A DNA stretch of 20,000 nucleotides, taken from sequence record DRR378314_956; one strand, written 5' to 3'. Shown in pieces: positions 8,667-17,210 of this stretch. The position numbers and the translations under genes were made by a program. The number at the start of each line of letters is the position of its first letter. Position 1 is the stretch's first letter. Under the pieces are notes generated by a model that ran no database searches, had not been told where the DNA came from, and saw only the letters and a list, made by a program, of their open reading frames with translations.

Positions 8667-9107
8667 ATGAATGACGTAAACCTGAACAGCCCGGATTTGA
8701 AGCTGGTTCGCTCCAGTGCGCAAGCTCCGGCTCGGGCCTCTACGTCACCTCAGAACGAAGGCAGCAATGCCTCCGCTCAGTTTGCACCTTTATCAACTGA
8801 CCGGTCAGTCACTGTGCAATCCGCCTCCGGGGTTTCCGAAACCTCCAAGGCAGAGCGGTTGCAAAATCGCAGTGAAGAGCAGAGGGAACAACTGGATCAG
8901 GCAGTGTCAAAGCTGAATGATTTCGTTCAGACCGTGCAGCGGGATTTGCAGTTTGAAGTTGATAACGACCTGGGAAAAACCATTGTTCGTGTGGTTGATC
9001 AGGAAACTCAGGAAGTCATCAGACAGATTCCGGATGAGGTTGCGTTGAGGTTGGCAGAGAACTTGCAGCAGGATGAACCGCTGACGTTGTTTAACGCAAA
9101 AGTGTAA
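8667..9107 (+). CDS. flaG: Flagellar protein FlaG
   Basis: C-terminal AVSKLNDFVQTVQRDLQFEVD...IVRVVDQETQEVIRQIPDE signature; located between flagellin and fliD; GAGG RBS. Confidence 0.93.
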   Translation: MNDVNLNSPDLKLVRSSAQAPARASTSPQNEGSNASAQFAPLSTDRSVTVQSASGVSETSKAERLQNRSEEQREQLDQAVSKLNDFVQTVQRDLQFEVDNDLGKTIVRVVDQETQEVIRQIPDEVALRLAENLQQDEPLTLFNAKV

Positions 9108-9235
9108 ATTGTTGCCGCTTTTGCGCTGATGTAAATGACGGTATTTCAGCACCGCCGCACCCGTGAGGGGCCGGCGGTGTTCTGCTTTGTGGATGGGTCG
9201 GTTACAACACGTTACAAAACGATTTTGAGAACTGG

Positions 9236-9262
9236 CAAAGTTTTGCCGCAATCAGCCGATAC
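9236..9262 (+). promoter_or_regulatory. Probable sigma28 promoter for fliD-fliS
   Basis: CAAA-N15-GCCGATAC. Confidence 0.6.
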
Positions 9263-9303
9263 AGAGTTATAGTAGATATAGCAGCCTTTATGGAGGCACG
9301 ACC

Positions 9304-10710
9304 ATGGCATCAATTACATCACTGGGCGCAGGATCTGGCATCTTCAGTTCCGATCTTGTAGACCAGTTGCTCAACGCCGAGCGCAAGCCGACGGAAGTGC
9401 GTCTGGATCAGCGGCAGCAACGAACTGAATCCAAAATTTCCGCTTACGGTGCGATCAGGAGTGCTCTGGAAGCGCTACGGTCGCCAATGGAGGCTCTTAG
9501 CAGCGCGGAAGGCCTGAAGGCGTTTACGGCCAACACCTCCAATGAAGACGTGACCGGCGTATCCATTGATGCGTCCAGCGCATCGAAAGGCTCCTATAGC
9601 CTGAACGTGACCAGCCTGGCACAGTCCCAGTCGCTTGCATCGGGTTCCTTTGCAGACAGGGATTCGACCACCGTTGGATCAGGCACTTTGAGTCTGACGG
9701 TTGGCGGTAATACCACGGATATCACCGTTGATAGCAGCAACAACACGCTGGAAGGTCTGGCCGCTGCCATCAACGATGCCAACGCGGGTGTGACTGCGGG
9801 TGTTGTCGATACCGGTTCTGGCTTCCGGCTGGTGATGACCTCCGAGGAAAGCGGGCTTGATAATGCGGTTCAGGTTTCCGTGACGGATGATGATGGAAAC
9901 AATTCGGACACCTCCGGCCTTTCCCAGTTTGTATTCAATGGCACCACGTCCAACCTCGAAGAAACCGTTGCGGCGAAAAACGCCGAACTGGAAGTGAATG
10001 GTATTGCCATTAGCCGTTCCTCGAATTCCGTTGAGGGTGTGATTGATGGCGTGACATTCGACCTGAAATCCACTGGCACATCGACCATTACGGTTAATCA
10101 GGACGCGGATGCCGTTGCCGGCCGCGTTCAGGACTTCGTCGATAAGTTCAATGCGCTTCAGGATGTCATTGAAAAAGTGTCCGGCTATAACGCGGACTCG
10201 GGGCAAGCAGCCGTGCTGACGGGCGACTCCGCCATACGGAGCGTTCAGGGAGAGTTGAGGCGCATGCTGACAACGATTCCTTCCGGGTTGGAGGATTCAC
10301 CGGTTCGAATGATGGCCGATGTGGGCATCTCGACCAATCCCAGCACCGGGAAGCTTGAGTTCGATCAGGATGTCTTCAAGGAACAACTCGCCGAGAATCC
10401 TGATGCTGTAACGGCGCTGTTCGCGGAGAAGGACGGTGTGGAAGGTGTCGCCGACCGGACCCTGGAGGTCGTGAGTGGCTTCCTTGCGAGCGACGGCGTT
10501 CTGGCCACGCGCACCGACGGGTTGAATGGCGACCTTGAAAACATACAGGAGCAGCGGGTGGATCTCGAGCGTCGAATTCAGTCGCTCGAGGAGCGGCTGG
10601 TCAGCCAGTTTTCCGCTGCTGACTCATTGATATCACGTCTGAACAGTACCGGTGATTACGTGAGCCAACAACTGGCCGCGATCGCACCACAACGAAATCA
10701 GCAGAGCTAG
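9304..10710 (+). CDS. fliD: Flagellar filament cap protein FliD
   Basis: MASITSLGAGSG N-terminus, ISAYGAIRSAL, VTSLAQSQSLAS, FVDKFNAL and LVSQFSAADSLISRLN motifs; GGAGG RBS. Confidence 0.95.
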   Translation: MASITSLGAGSGIFSSDLVDQLLNAERKPTEVRLDQRQQRTESKISAYGAIRSALEALRSPMEALSSAEGLKAFTANTSNEDVTGVSIDASSASKGSYSLNVTSLAQSQSLASGSFADRDSTTVGSGTLSLTVGGNTTDITVDSSNNTLEGLAAAINDANAGVTAGVVDTGSGFRLVMTSEESGLDNAVQVSVTDDDGNNSDTSGLSQFVFNGTTSNLEETVAAKNAELEVNGIAISRSSNSVEGVIDGVTFDLKSTGTSTITVNQDADAVAGRVQDFVDKFNALQDVIEKVSGYNADSGQAAVLTGDSAIRSVQGELRRMLTTIPSGLEDSPVRMMADVGISTNPSTGKLEFDQDVFKEQLAENPDAVTALFAEKDGVEGVADRTLEVVSGFLASDGVLATRTDGLNGDLENIQEQRVDLERRIQSLEERLVSQFSAADSLISRLNSTGDYVSQQLAAIAPQRNQQS

Positions 10711-10741
10711 TCCAGGCTGGACCGATAGAGAGGGTTATACA

Positions 10742-11143
10742 ATGAATGGTCTTCAGCAATACCAGAGAATCAACACCCAGACCAGCATTACAGATGCGGA
10801 TCCTCACAAGTTGATCCAGCTTCTGTACGATGGGGCGCTTGAGAGAATCAACATGGCGAAAGCGCGCATGCAGGCAAAGGATTATGATGGCAAGGGCAAG
10901 CTGATCATCAAGACCATCGATATTGTCGCTGGCCTGCGCAGCTTCCTTGACCGGGAAAAGGGCGGCGACCTTGCGGAGCGTCTGGACGCTCTCTATGGCT
11001 ACATGGAGCAGGCTCTGTGGGAAGCCAACGCAAGAAACGACGTTGAAAGGCTTGATGAAGTTGCGAACCTGCTTCGCCAGGTTAAAGAAGGCTGGGATGG
11101 CATTCGCGAAGAAGCCACCTCTTTGCAGCAGCAAGCAGTCTGA
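10742..11143 (+). CDS. fliS: Flagellin export chaperone FliS
   Basis: ADPHKLIQLLYDGAL, GGDLAERLDALYGYM and VKEGWDGI motifs. Confidence 0.96.
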   Translation: MNGLQQYQRINTQTSITDADPHKLIQLLYDGALERINMAKARMQAKDYDGKGKLIIKTIDIVAGLRSFLDREKGGDLAERLDALYGYMEQALWEANARNDVERLDEVANLLRQVKEGWDGIREEATSLQQQAV

Positions 11144-11155
11144 GCACGGACATTA

Positions 11156-11177
11156 GGCGGGCCTGACGTGGCCCGCC
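11156..11177 (+). terminator. Hairpin after fliS (possible weak or atypical terminator)
   Basis: GGCGGGCC-TGACGT-GGCCCGCC, an 8-bp stem with no U-tract. Confidence 0.35.
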
Positions 11178-11185
11178 CCCACCAA

Positions 11186-11214
11186 TAGCCATTCCCCCCT
11201 CTGTCCCGTACAAT
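11186..11214 (+). promoter_or_regulatory. Candidate sigma70 promoter for argG
   Basis: TAGCCA-N17-TACAAT. Confidence 0.4.
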
Positions 11215-11263
11215 ACGTGCCTTATTTTTGATACATCCATTCTGTTCAGTCTGGAGCAAGGGC

Positions 11264-12475
11264 ATGTCTGATATTAAAAAGGTGGTTCTGGCGTATTCCG
11301 GTGGCCTGGATACCTCGGTGATCGTTCGCTGGTTGCAGGATACCTATGAGTGTGAGGTGGTAACCTTTACCGCCGACATCGGCCAAGGCGAAGAAGTGGA
11401 ACCGGCGCGTGAGAAAGCGAAAGCGCTGGGCGTGAAGGAAATCTACATTGAGGACCTGCGCGAGGAGTTTGTGCGCGACTACGTGTTCCCAATGTTCCGC
11501 GCCAATACTATCTACGAAGGGGAGTACCTGCTGGGTACTTCTATCGCACGCCCGCTGATCTCCCGTCGCTTGATTGAAATTGCCAACGAAACCGGTGCAG
11601 ACGCGATTTCCCATGGCGCTACCGGCAAGGGCAACGACCAGGTGCGTTTCGAGCTGGGCGCCTACGCGCTGAAGCCGGGTGTGAAGGTAATTGCTCCCTG
11701 GCGCGAGTGGGACCTGAATTCCCGTGAGAAGCTGCTGGCCTACTGCGACGAGCGCAATATTCCGGTGGAGAAGAAGAAGGGCAAGAGCCCATACTCCATG
11801 GATGCCAACTTGCTCCATATTTCTTACGAAGGTATCAACCTGGAAGATCCCTGGGCGGAAGCCGAGGAAGATATGTGGCGCTGGAGTGTCTCTCCGGAAG
11901 CGGCCCCAGACACGCCTTCCTATATCGAAGTGACCTATCAGAAAGGTGATATCGTCGCGATTGATGGCCAGGCCATGAAGCCCCACGAGGTGCTTGAGCA
12001 TTTGAACAAGGTCGCTGGCGAGAACGGCATTGGCCGTCTGGATATTGTTGAGAACCGGTATGTGGGCATGAAGTCCCGCGGTTGCTACGAAACTCCGGGT
12101 GGTACCATCATGCTGCGCGCTCACCGGGCCATTGAGTCCATCACCCTGGACCGCGAAGTGGCGCACCTGAAGGACAGCATCATGCCGCGTTATGCGGAGG
12201 TGATTTACAACGGATACTGGTGGTCTCCTGAGCGGGAAGCGCTGCAGGCGCTGATTGACCAGACTCAGACCTATGTAAACGGTACCGTGCGTCTGAAGCT
12301 CTACAAGGGCAATGTGGATGTGGTTGGGCGTAAGTCTGACGATTCACTGTTTGATGAGAAGATTGCGACCTTTGAGGAAGACCAGGGCGCGTATGACCAG
12401 AAGGATGCGGAAGGCTTTATCAAGCTGAATGCCTTGCGCCTGCGTATCGCGGCTGGCAAGGGCCGCAAGCTTTAA
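11264..12475 (+). CDS. argG: Argininosuccinate synthase
   Basis: [28 protein letters not shown] and [12 protein letters not shown] motifs; start set at ATG 11264 after a GGAG RBS. Confidence 0.98.
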   Translation: MSDIKKVVLAYSGGLDTSVIVRWLQDTYECEVVTFTADIGQGEEVEPAREKAKALGVKEIYIEDLREEFVRDYVFPMFRANTIYEGEYLLGTSIARPLISRRLIEIANETGADAISHGATGKGNDQVRFELGAYALKPGVKVIAPWREWDLNSREKLLAYCDERNIPVEKKKGKSPYSMDANLLHISYEGINLEDPWAEAEEDMWRWSVSPEAAPDTPSYIEVTYQKGDIVAIDGQAMKPHEVLEHLNKVAGENGIGRLDIVENRYVGMKSRGCYETPGGTIMLRAHRAIESITLDREVAHLKDSIMPRYAEVIYNGYWWSPEREALQALIDQTQTYVNGTVRLKLYKGNVDVVGRKSDDSLFDEKIATFEEDQGAYDQKDAEGFIKLNALRLRIAAGKGRKL

Positions 12476-13497
12476 GTGGCCTCCCTTGACGCCCGGAACT
12501 CTCCGGGCGTCTTCCCCGTTTCTGCTTTGAATTTCCTGTGGAACGACGTTGTTTCGCTGTATCCCAGCCTTAACGCAATTTCCGGAATGCCCAGTTCGCT
12601 GTTCGCCAAAAAATCTTCCGCCATTGCTTGTCTTACCTCGTCCAGCAACTGCTGATACGAAACACCTTCCTGGCTAAGTTTCCGCTGCAACGTTCGGCTG
12701 GTCATGCCCAGATGGTCCGCGACCATGTCCTGGCGGGTGATGCCGTGCATCAACTGTTTGCGGATGCTGTGTTTAACCCGATTGGTGAGGGCGGTGTCGG
12801 TGTCCAGGGTAGCCAGTTGGCTGAGGGCGTGGGCTTCCAGGGTTTTGCGAAGCAGCGGGTCGGGCTGGCGCAAGGGGATGCTCAGCAGATCCTTGTGCAG
12901 AACAATAGCGTCTTCGCCGGAACGAAACCGGACCGGGCAGCCCCAGCGTTCGGTGTAGGCGCTTTCCAGATCGGGGCCGGGTGAGGGGTGGCCCAGGTGG
13001 ACTTCCACCGGCGAGGCGGTGTTGTTGTCGGCCAGCCAGCGGGCGTAGTTAATCCAGGAGGCGAAGACGTTGTCCACCATGTGGGGACGGACGACCGGGT
13101 CGGTGTAGTTGCAGGCCCAGATCAGTTTTAGGTGGTCGCCGCTACCTGCAATTTGCGTGGTTCCCATGTCGCCCACCAATTTTTCGAACGGGGCAATGCG
13201 TGCCACGGCCTCACCCAGCGTGGCGGAGCTCATGGTGATATACCCGAGAACGCTGTAGGACCCCGGTTGCACGAAGTCGCCGGTTTCCAGGCCGAGGATG
13301 GGGTTGCGGCTTTCCTCGCAAAGCAGCCGTATGAACGCCTGGAACTGCTCGCCATTTATGCGTTCGTCGTCGGTTTGGAGAGCCGATGAATCAAGCCCGG
13401 CTTTCGTGAACAGTGCGGAGGTATCCAGGCCCTGAGCATCGGCGGCGCGAACGTATTGTCTGAGGGCGGCAACGGAGGCGGTTCCGAGGGTTTTCAT
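12472..13497 (-). CDS. AraC-family transcriptional regulator (long N-terminal ligand-binding domain)
   Basis: C-terminal [16 protein letters not shown]...[18 protein letters not shown]...TPGEFR double HTH; 4-nt convergent overlap with argG. Confidence 0.92.
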   Translation of the reverse strand: MKTLGTASVAALRQYVRAADAQGLDTSALFTKAGLDSSALQTDDERINGEQFQAFIRLLCEESRNPILGLETGDFVQPGSYSVLGYITMSSATLGEAVARIAPFEKLVGDMGTTQIAGSGDHLKLIWACNYTDPVVRPHMVDNVFASWINYARWLADNNTASPVEVHLGHPSPGPDLESAYTERWGCPVRFRSGEDAIVLHKDLLSIPLRQPDPLLRKTLEAHALSQLATLDTDTALTNRVKHSIRKQLMHGITRQDMVADHLGMTSRTLQRKLSQEGVSYQQLLDEVRQAMAEDFLANSELGIPEIALRLGYSETTSFHRKFKAETGKTPGEFRASREAT

Positions 13498-13548
13498 GGT
13501 GAAAGCAACGTCTTGGGGTTTTTGTTGCCATCAGTATAACGGAAGCTG

Positions 13549-13579
13549 AAAAGAAAAAAGCCAGCTAAGAAGCTGGCTT
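13549..13579 (-). terminator. Rho-independent terminator
   Basis: Minus strand AAGCCAGCT-TCTT-AGCTGGC followed by TTTTTTCTTTT. Confidence 0.8.
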
Positions 13580-13725
13580 AAAAACAAGGAAAGAACGAAA
13601 GTGCCTGAAAAATTCGTTAATTCGGTGGACTTTCCCCATTTGGCGGCGGAGGTACTACTCGGCTCCTCCGCCATGGGGGATACTGCTTGAATCCACAATT
13701 TCAGAATAGGGCTTTCGCTCCGGGA
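13549..13725 (-). ncRNA. Putative structured small RNA or structured 3' UTR (rod-like fold plus terminator); 5' end uncertain
   Basis: Nested inverted repeats across 13593-13720, two G-U pairs valid only on the minus strand, a U-rich linker and a terminator. Confidence 0.45.
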
Positions 13726-13733
13726 AGTCTGTT

Positions 13734-13749
13734 TGTGATGTGTGTCGCA
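13734..13749. promoter_or_regulatory. CRP/Vfr-like binding site
   Basis: TGTGA-TGTGTG-TCGCA, a 9/10 match to TGTGA-N6-TCACA. Confidence 0.5.
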
Positions 13750-13779
13750 GTGTTACGTAGCGTAATTCTACAGTCTGCT

Positions 13780-14748
13780 TCAGGCCTTCTCGAGCTCGGG
13801 GCTTGTCTCGGTAAATCGTCGTGTCTCATACGCATCCACCAGACCCTGAACCGCTGCGCGCTCCATTTCCTGAACCGACGGAGTGCCGTTCTGTGCATCC
13901 GCTCGGCATAGCACCATGCCAGCTTCGACGGAAATATAGCCTGCCGTTGTTTTCAGGGCTTTGTGATTAATGCCATCAAACACTCGGCGGAACGCCGTTG
14001 TTGAGCAATGATCGCTGTTCGGAAAGTGAGCAATGATTGCGTATTGGTTGTCGCCCACGCGGCACAGCGAGTCCATGGGGCGGATCAGGTGGCTCAGGCG
14101 GCGGGCAATACCGACGGCCAGTTCACTCATCACCGACGGTGCATGCTTACGCTTGAGTTCCTGCCAATTGCGGATGCCACACAACACATAGGCCGAGGAG
14201 CCGCCACGGGATTCCGCCTGACGCAGGCATTTGCCGAGCTTGTCCCGAGCATAGCGGTTGTTGCAGAGGCCCGTTTCAAGGTCAATGATGTTGCTGCTTT
14301 CCAGTTCGCGGTTGTTTTCAATTAACAGGGAGTTGGCGCGTAAAAGCGTGTTCTGACGATCGGCCATACGATCAGCCGCGAAAATTCGTGGAATCAGCTG
14401 CTTGGTCATGTCCGACTTATAGATGAAATCGTCCACGCCCCGGTCGAACGCTTCTGACAACGCCTCCACACTCTCCCGGGCGGTCAGCAGAATCACATAG
14501 GTATAGTGGTTGTTCTGCTCATCCTGCTGGCGCACCTGGTCGGTCAACTCCAGCCCGTCCATCTCGGGCATCAGCCAGTCAGCAATCAACACACTGACGG
14601 GGCGCTGGTCGATAAACTCGAGCGCGGCGGGCGCATTGTTGGCGATTCGTACGTCGCGGTATCCTGCATTACGGAGGGTTCGGCCCACCACCATGCTGCT
14701 GAATTTGGCGTCGTCTACCACGAGGATGGGAAGATCAAGATTTGGCAT
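13780..14748 (-). CDS. Response regulator: REC domain plus degenerate GGDEF domain
   Basis: REC motifs ILVVDD, LIADWLMPEMDG, LLTA and FIYK; GGDEF-like DLETGLCNNRY and RPMD-SLCRV-GDNQY. Confidence 0.88.
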   Translation of the reverse strand: MPNLDLPILVVDDAKFSSMVVGRTLRNAGYRDVRIANNAPAALEFIDQRPVSVLIADWLMPEMDGLELTDQVRQQDEQNNHYTYVILLTARESVEALSEAFDRGVDDFIYKSDMTKQLIPRIFAADRMADRQNTLLRANSLLIENNRELESSNIIDLETGLCNNRYARDKLGKCLRQAESRGGSSAYVLCGIRNWQELKRKHAPSVMSELAVGIARRLSHLIRPMDSLCRVGDNQYAIIAHFPNSDHCSTTAFRRVFDGINHKALKTTAGYISVEAGMVLCRADAQNGTPSVQEMERAAVQGLVDAYETRRFTETSPELEKA

Positions 14749-14894
14749 TGTTATCTACTACTCACCAGTCCATTGTCAGATGCGGTGCCGCGCCTGTCTT
14801 GGTATGCTTTGGCACCTTGCGCAACCAGAAGGGCACCAGTATAGCGTTTTGTGCGTGCCCTGACGTGGATAATTGTAAAAAGTGAGAACACATC

Positions 14895-15377
14895 ATGCCT
14901 TCTTTTGACATCGTTTCTGAAATCGACATGCACGAAGTCACCAACGCTGTGGACCAGGCCAAACGCGAGCTGGGCAATCGCTGGGACTTCAAGAACGTGG
15001 AAGCCGACATCGAACTGGACGACAAAGGCATCACCATCAGCGCCGAACAGGAGTTCCAGTTGGAGCAGCTGATGGACATGCTGCGAATGGCCTTTGCCAA
15101 GCGAAATATCGATTCCAGGGCGCTGTCTGAAGACGGCGAAAGCAAAGCCGGTAAGCTGGTCAAGCAGCACCTGCAACTGAAGCAGGGCATTGAAACGGAT
15201 ATGGCCAAGAAGATCGTCAAGATGATCAAGGACGGTAAACTCAAGGTCCAGGCCAGCATCGAAGGTGACAAAGTGCGGGTGAAAGGGAAAAAACGTGATG
15301 ACCTGCAGACAGCCATTGCCCTTTTGAAGGAAACCGAGCTGGATATTCCTCTCCAGTTCAACAACTTCCGCGACTGA
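14895..15377 (+). CDS. yajQ: YajQ family nucleotide/c-di-GMP-binding protein
   Basis: MPSFDIVSE N-terminus, KVRVKGKKRDDLQ and PLQFNNFRD C-terminus. Confidence 0.97.
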   Translation: MPSFDIVSEIDMHEVTNAVDQAKRELGNRWDFKNVEADIELDDKGITISAEQEFQLEQLMDMLRMAFAKRNIDSRALSEDGESKAGKLVKQHLQLKQGIETDMAKKIVKMIKDGKLKVQASIEGDKVRVKGKKRDDLQTAIALLKETELDIPLQFNNFRD

Positions 15378-15404
15378 TCGGGGGGCAGCACCATTTTATA
15401 CGGC

Positions 15405-16805
15405 TTGAACCGGACCCTGCTGAAAGAAACACTCGACACCTACACCCGGTGGCAGGTTATTGCGCTTCTGTTTCTGGGCTTCTCGGCTGGTCTGCCGTTC
15501 CTGCTGGTGTTCTCCACCCTGAACGCAAGGCTTGCGGATGTCGGTGTGGAGACCGCCACCATTGGGTTCTTCAGCTGGCTTGGGATTACCTACTCCATCA
15601 AGGTGTTCTGGGCACCGATTGTCGACCGGCTGAAGTTGCCGATTCTCGACAGACTGTTGGGAAAACGCCGAAGCTGGATTTTGCTCGCCCAGACGGGCAT
15701 TGCCAGCGGCCTTTATCTGATGGCTCACGTGGACGCCACGGCAGCGCCTGAGATGATGGCCTGGTGCGGTCTGCTGGTGGCCTTTTCCTCGGCCACACAA
15801 GATGTGGCTATTGATGCGTATCGGATTGAAATTGCTGAAGAGCGGCTTCAGGCGGCATTGGCAGCTACTTATATCTTCGGCTACCGGTTGGCATTGTTGG
15901 TGGCCGGCGCCGGAGCCTTGTACTTGGCAGAGTTCTGGTCCTGGCAGGTGTCTTACGAGGTGATGGCTTTGCTGGTTGGTGTGGGCATGGCCACCGTGCT
16001 GATCGTAAGGGAGCCTGCGGTCAATCACTTTGCCGCTGCGCAGGACATTGCCGGGAAAATAGAGCAGGAAGCGGCGAAGCGCACCCACCTGAACCCACGC
16101 CTGGCGAGGTTTGTCGGGTGGTTTTACGCGGCGGTCGCCGGGCCCTTCCTGGATTTTTTCCGGCGCTACCGGGAACTGGCCATCCTGATCCTGATCACCG
16201 TGGCGGTCTACCGAATATCGGACATCGCCATGGGCGTTATGGCCAATCCGTTCTACCTCGATTTCATGGGCTTCTCCAAAACCGAAGTGGCGGACGTTAC
16301 CAAAGTCTTCGGCTTCTTCATGACAATCGCCGGGTCGCTTCTGGGTGGCGTGCTCGTTGTGCGTTATGGCGTTCGCCGCATGCTGCTGACCGGCGCCGTC
16401 ATGACCGCCGCGACCAACTTGCTGTTCGTGGTACTCGCTCAGTACCCCCCGGACCTGGGCACCCTGGCGCTCGTGGTCAGTGCTGACAACCTCAGCGGAG
16501 GCATCGCCAACGTGGCCCTGATAGCTTGGCTATCCAGCATGACCAGCGCCTCGTTCACTGCCACGCAGTACGCCTTGTTCAGTTCCTTGATGACGTTGCC
16601 CGGAAAATTCCTCGGTGGCTTCTCCGGCATTGTCGTGGCCGGTTATGGGTACGCGGAATTCTTCCTGCTGGCCGGGCTGATGGGCGTCCCTGCCATATTG
16701 CTCGCCATCTACATGATGCGCAAAGGCGAGCGCCTGGACGCCTTGGCGCCTCGCAACGAAGTTGTCGAAAACGAGCCCGAGCCCATAACCCGTAGGTCGG
16801 ATTAG
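15405..16805 (+). CDS. ampG: AmpG-family muropeptide MFS permease
   Basis: LGFSAGLPFLL, YSIKVFWAPIVDR, GKRRSWILLAQ, SATQDVAIDAYRIE and TATQYALFSSL motifs; the TTG start is uncertain. Confidence 0.9.
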   Translation: MNRTLLKETLDTYTRWQVIALLFLGFSAGLPFLLVFSTLNARLADVGVETATIGFFSWLGITYSIKVFWAPIVDRLKLPILDRLLGKRRSWILLAQTGIASGLYLMAHVDATAAPEMMAWCGLLVAFSSATQDVAIDAYRIEIAEERLQAALAATYIFGYRLALLVAGAGALYLAEFWSWQVSYEVMALLVGVGMATVLIVREPAVNHFAAAQDIAGKIEQEAAKRTHLNPRLARFVGWFYAAVAGPFLDFFRRYRELAILILITVAVYRISDIAMGVMANPFYLDFMGFSKTEVADVTKVFGFFMTIAGSLLGGVLVVRYGVRRMLLTGAVMTAATNLLFVVLAQYPPDLGTLALVVSADNLSGGIANVALIAWLSSMTSASFTATQYALFSSLMTLPGKFLGGFSGIVVAGYGYAEFFLLAGLMGVPAILLAIYMMRKGERLDALAPRNEVVENEPEPITRRSD

Positions 16806-16828
16806 GCCCAACGGGCCGTAATCCGACA
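16792..16828 (+). repeat. GTAG-family REP, copy 1
   Basis: GTAG-GTCGGATTA-GGCCC-AAC-GGGCC-G-TAATCCGAC-A. Confidence 0.9.
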
Positions 16829-16861
16829 CCCAAGCTCACATGAAACTCCAAACCAGGCGCA

Positions 16862-17173
16862 ATGACTGAACCCACCAAAGACCAGAAAATCTGGCAGGTC
16901 GTCGCCGCTATCCCCGCCGGTCGGGTAGCCAGCTACGGCCAGATCGCGGATATGGCCGGCCTGGGCCGGCAGGCCCGATACATCGGCAAGGCCTTGGGCA
17001 AGCTGCCCGAGGGTCACGCCATTCCCTGGTACCGCGTGATACGAAGCAATGGCCAGATTGCCTTCCCCATCGGCGGCGGGGCGTTCGAAGTCCAGGCCCA
17101 AAGCTTGCGGGAGGAGGGCGTCGTGGTCGTCGATGGCAGGATATCGATGAAGCAGTTCCAATGGCGACCGTAG
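16862..17173 (+). CDS. Alkyltransferase-like (ATL/YbaZ, MGMT family) base-flipping protein
   Basis: IPAGRVASYGQIA, ARYIG and PWYRVI motifs (Trp in place of the catalytic Cys of PCHRV). Confidence 0.9.
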   Translation: MTEPTKDQKIWQVVAAIPAGRVASYGQIADMAGLGRQARYIGKALGKLPEGHAIPWYRVIRSNGQIAFPIGGGAFEVQAQSLREEGVVVVDGRISMKQFQWRP

Positions 17174-17200
17174 GTCGGATTAGCGAAGCGTAATCCGACA
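17170..17200 (+). repeat. GTAG-family REP, copy 2 (short-loop variant)
   Basis: GTAG-GTCGGATTA-GCGAAGC-G-TAATCCGAC-A. Confidence 0.9.
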
Positions 17201-17210
17201 ACTCACAGCG

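Noticed and set aside
9233-9246. TGGCAAAGTTTTGC as a sigma54 promoter for fliD
   Set aside because: GG-to-GC spacing is one base short of the strict -24/-12 requirement.
11246-12166. 306-aa ORF antisense to argG; similar shadow ORFs lie opposite yajQ (14762-15439), ampG, maf, fliD and groES
   Set aside because: They lie opposite well-supported genes, have no recognisable motifs, and are expected from codon bias in GC-rich genes.
12472-13497. AraC regulator as an arginine/ornithine regulator of the adjacent argG
   Set aside because: The genes are convergent and the family is large and functionally diverse; adjacency alone is not evidence.
13531-13674. 47-codon minus-strand ORF (MAEEPSS...LPLY) with a hydrophobic C-terminus in the candidate RNA region
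   Set aside because: There is no RBS, the ATG is buried in the stem, and the ORF runs through the terminator; the hydrophobicity reflects the T-rich tract.
14810-14824. TGGCACCTTGCGC as a sigma54 promoter for yajQ
   Set aside because: No GC at the required -12 position.
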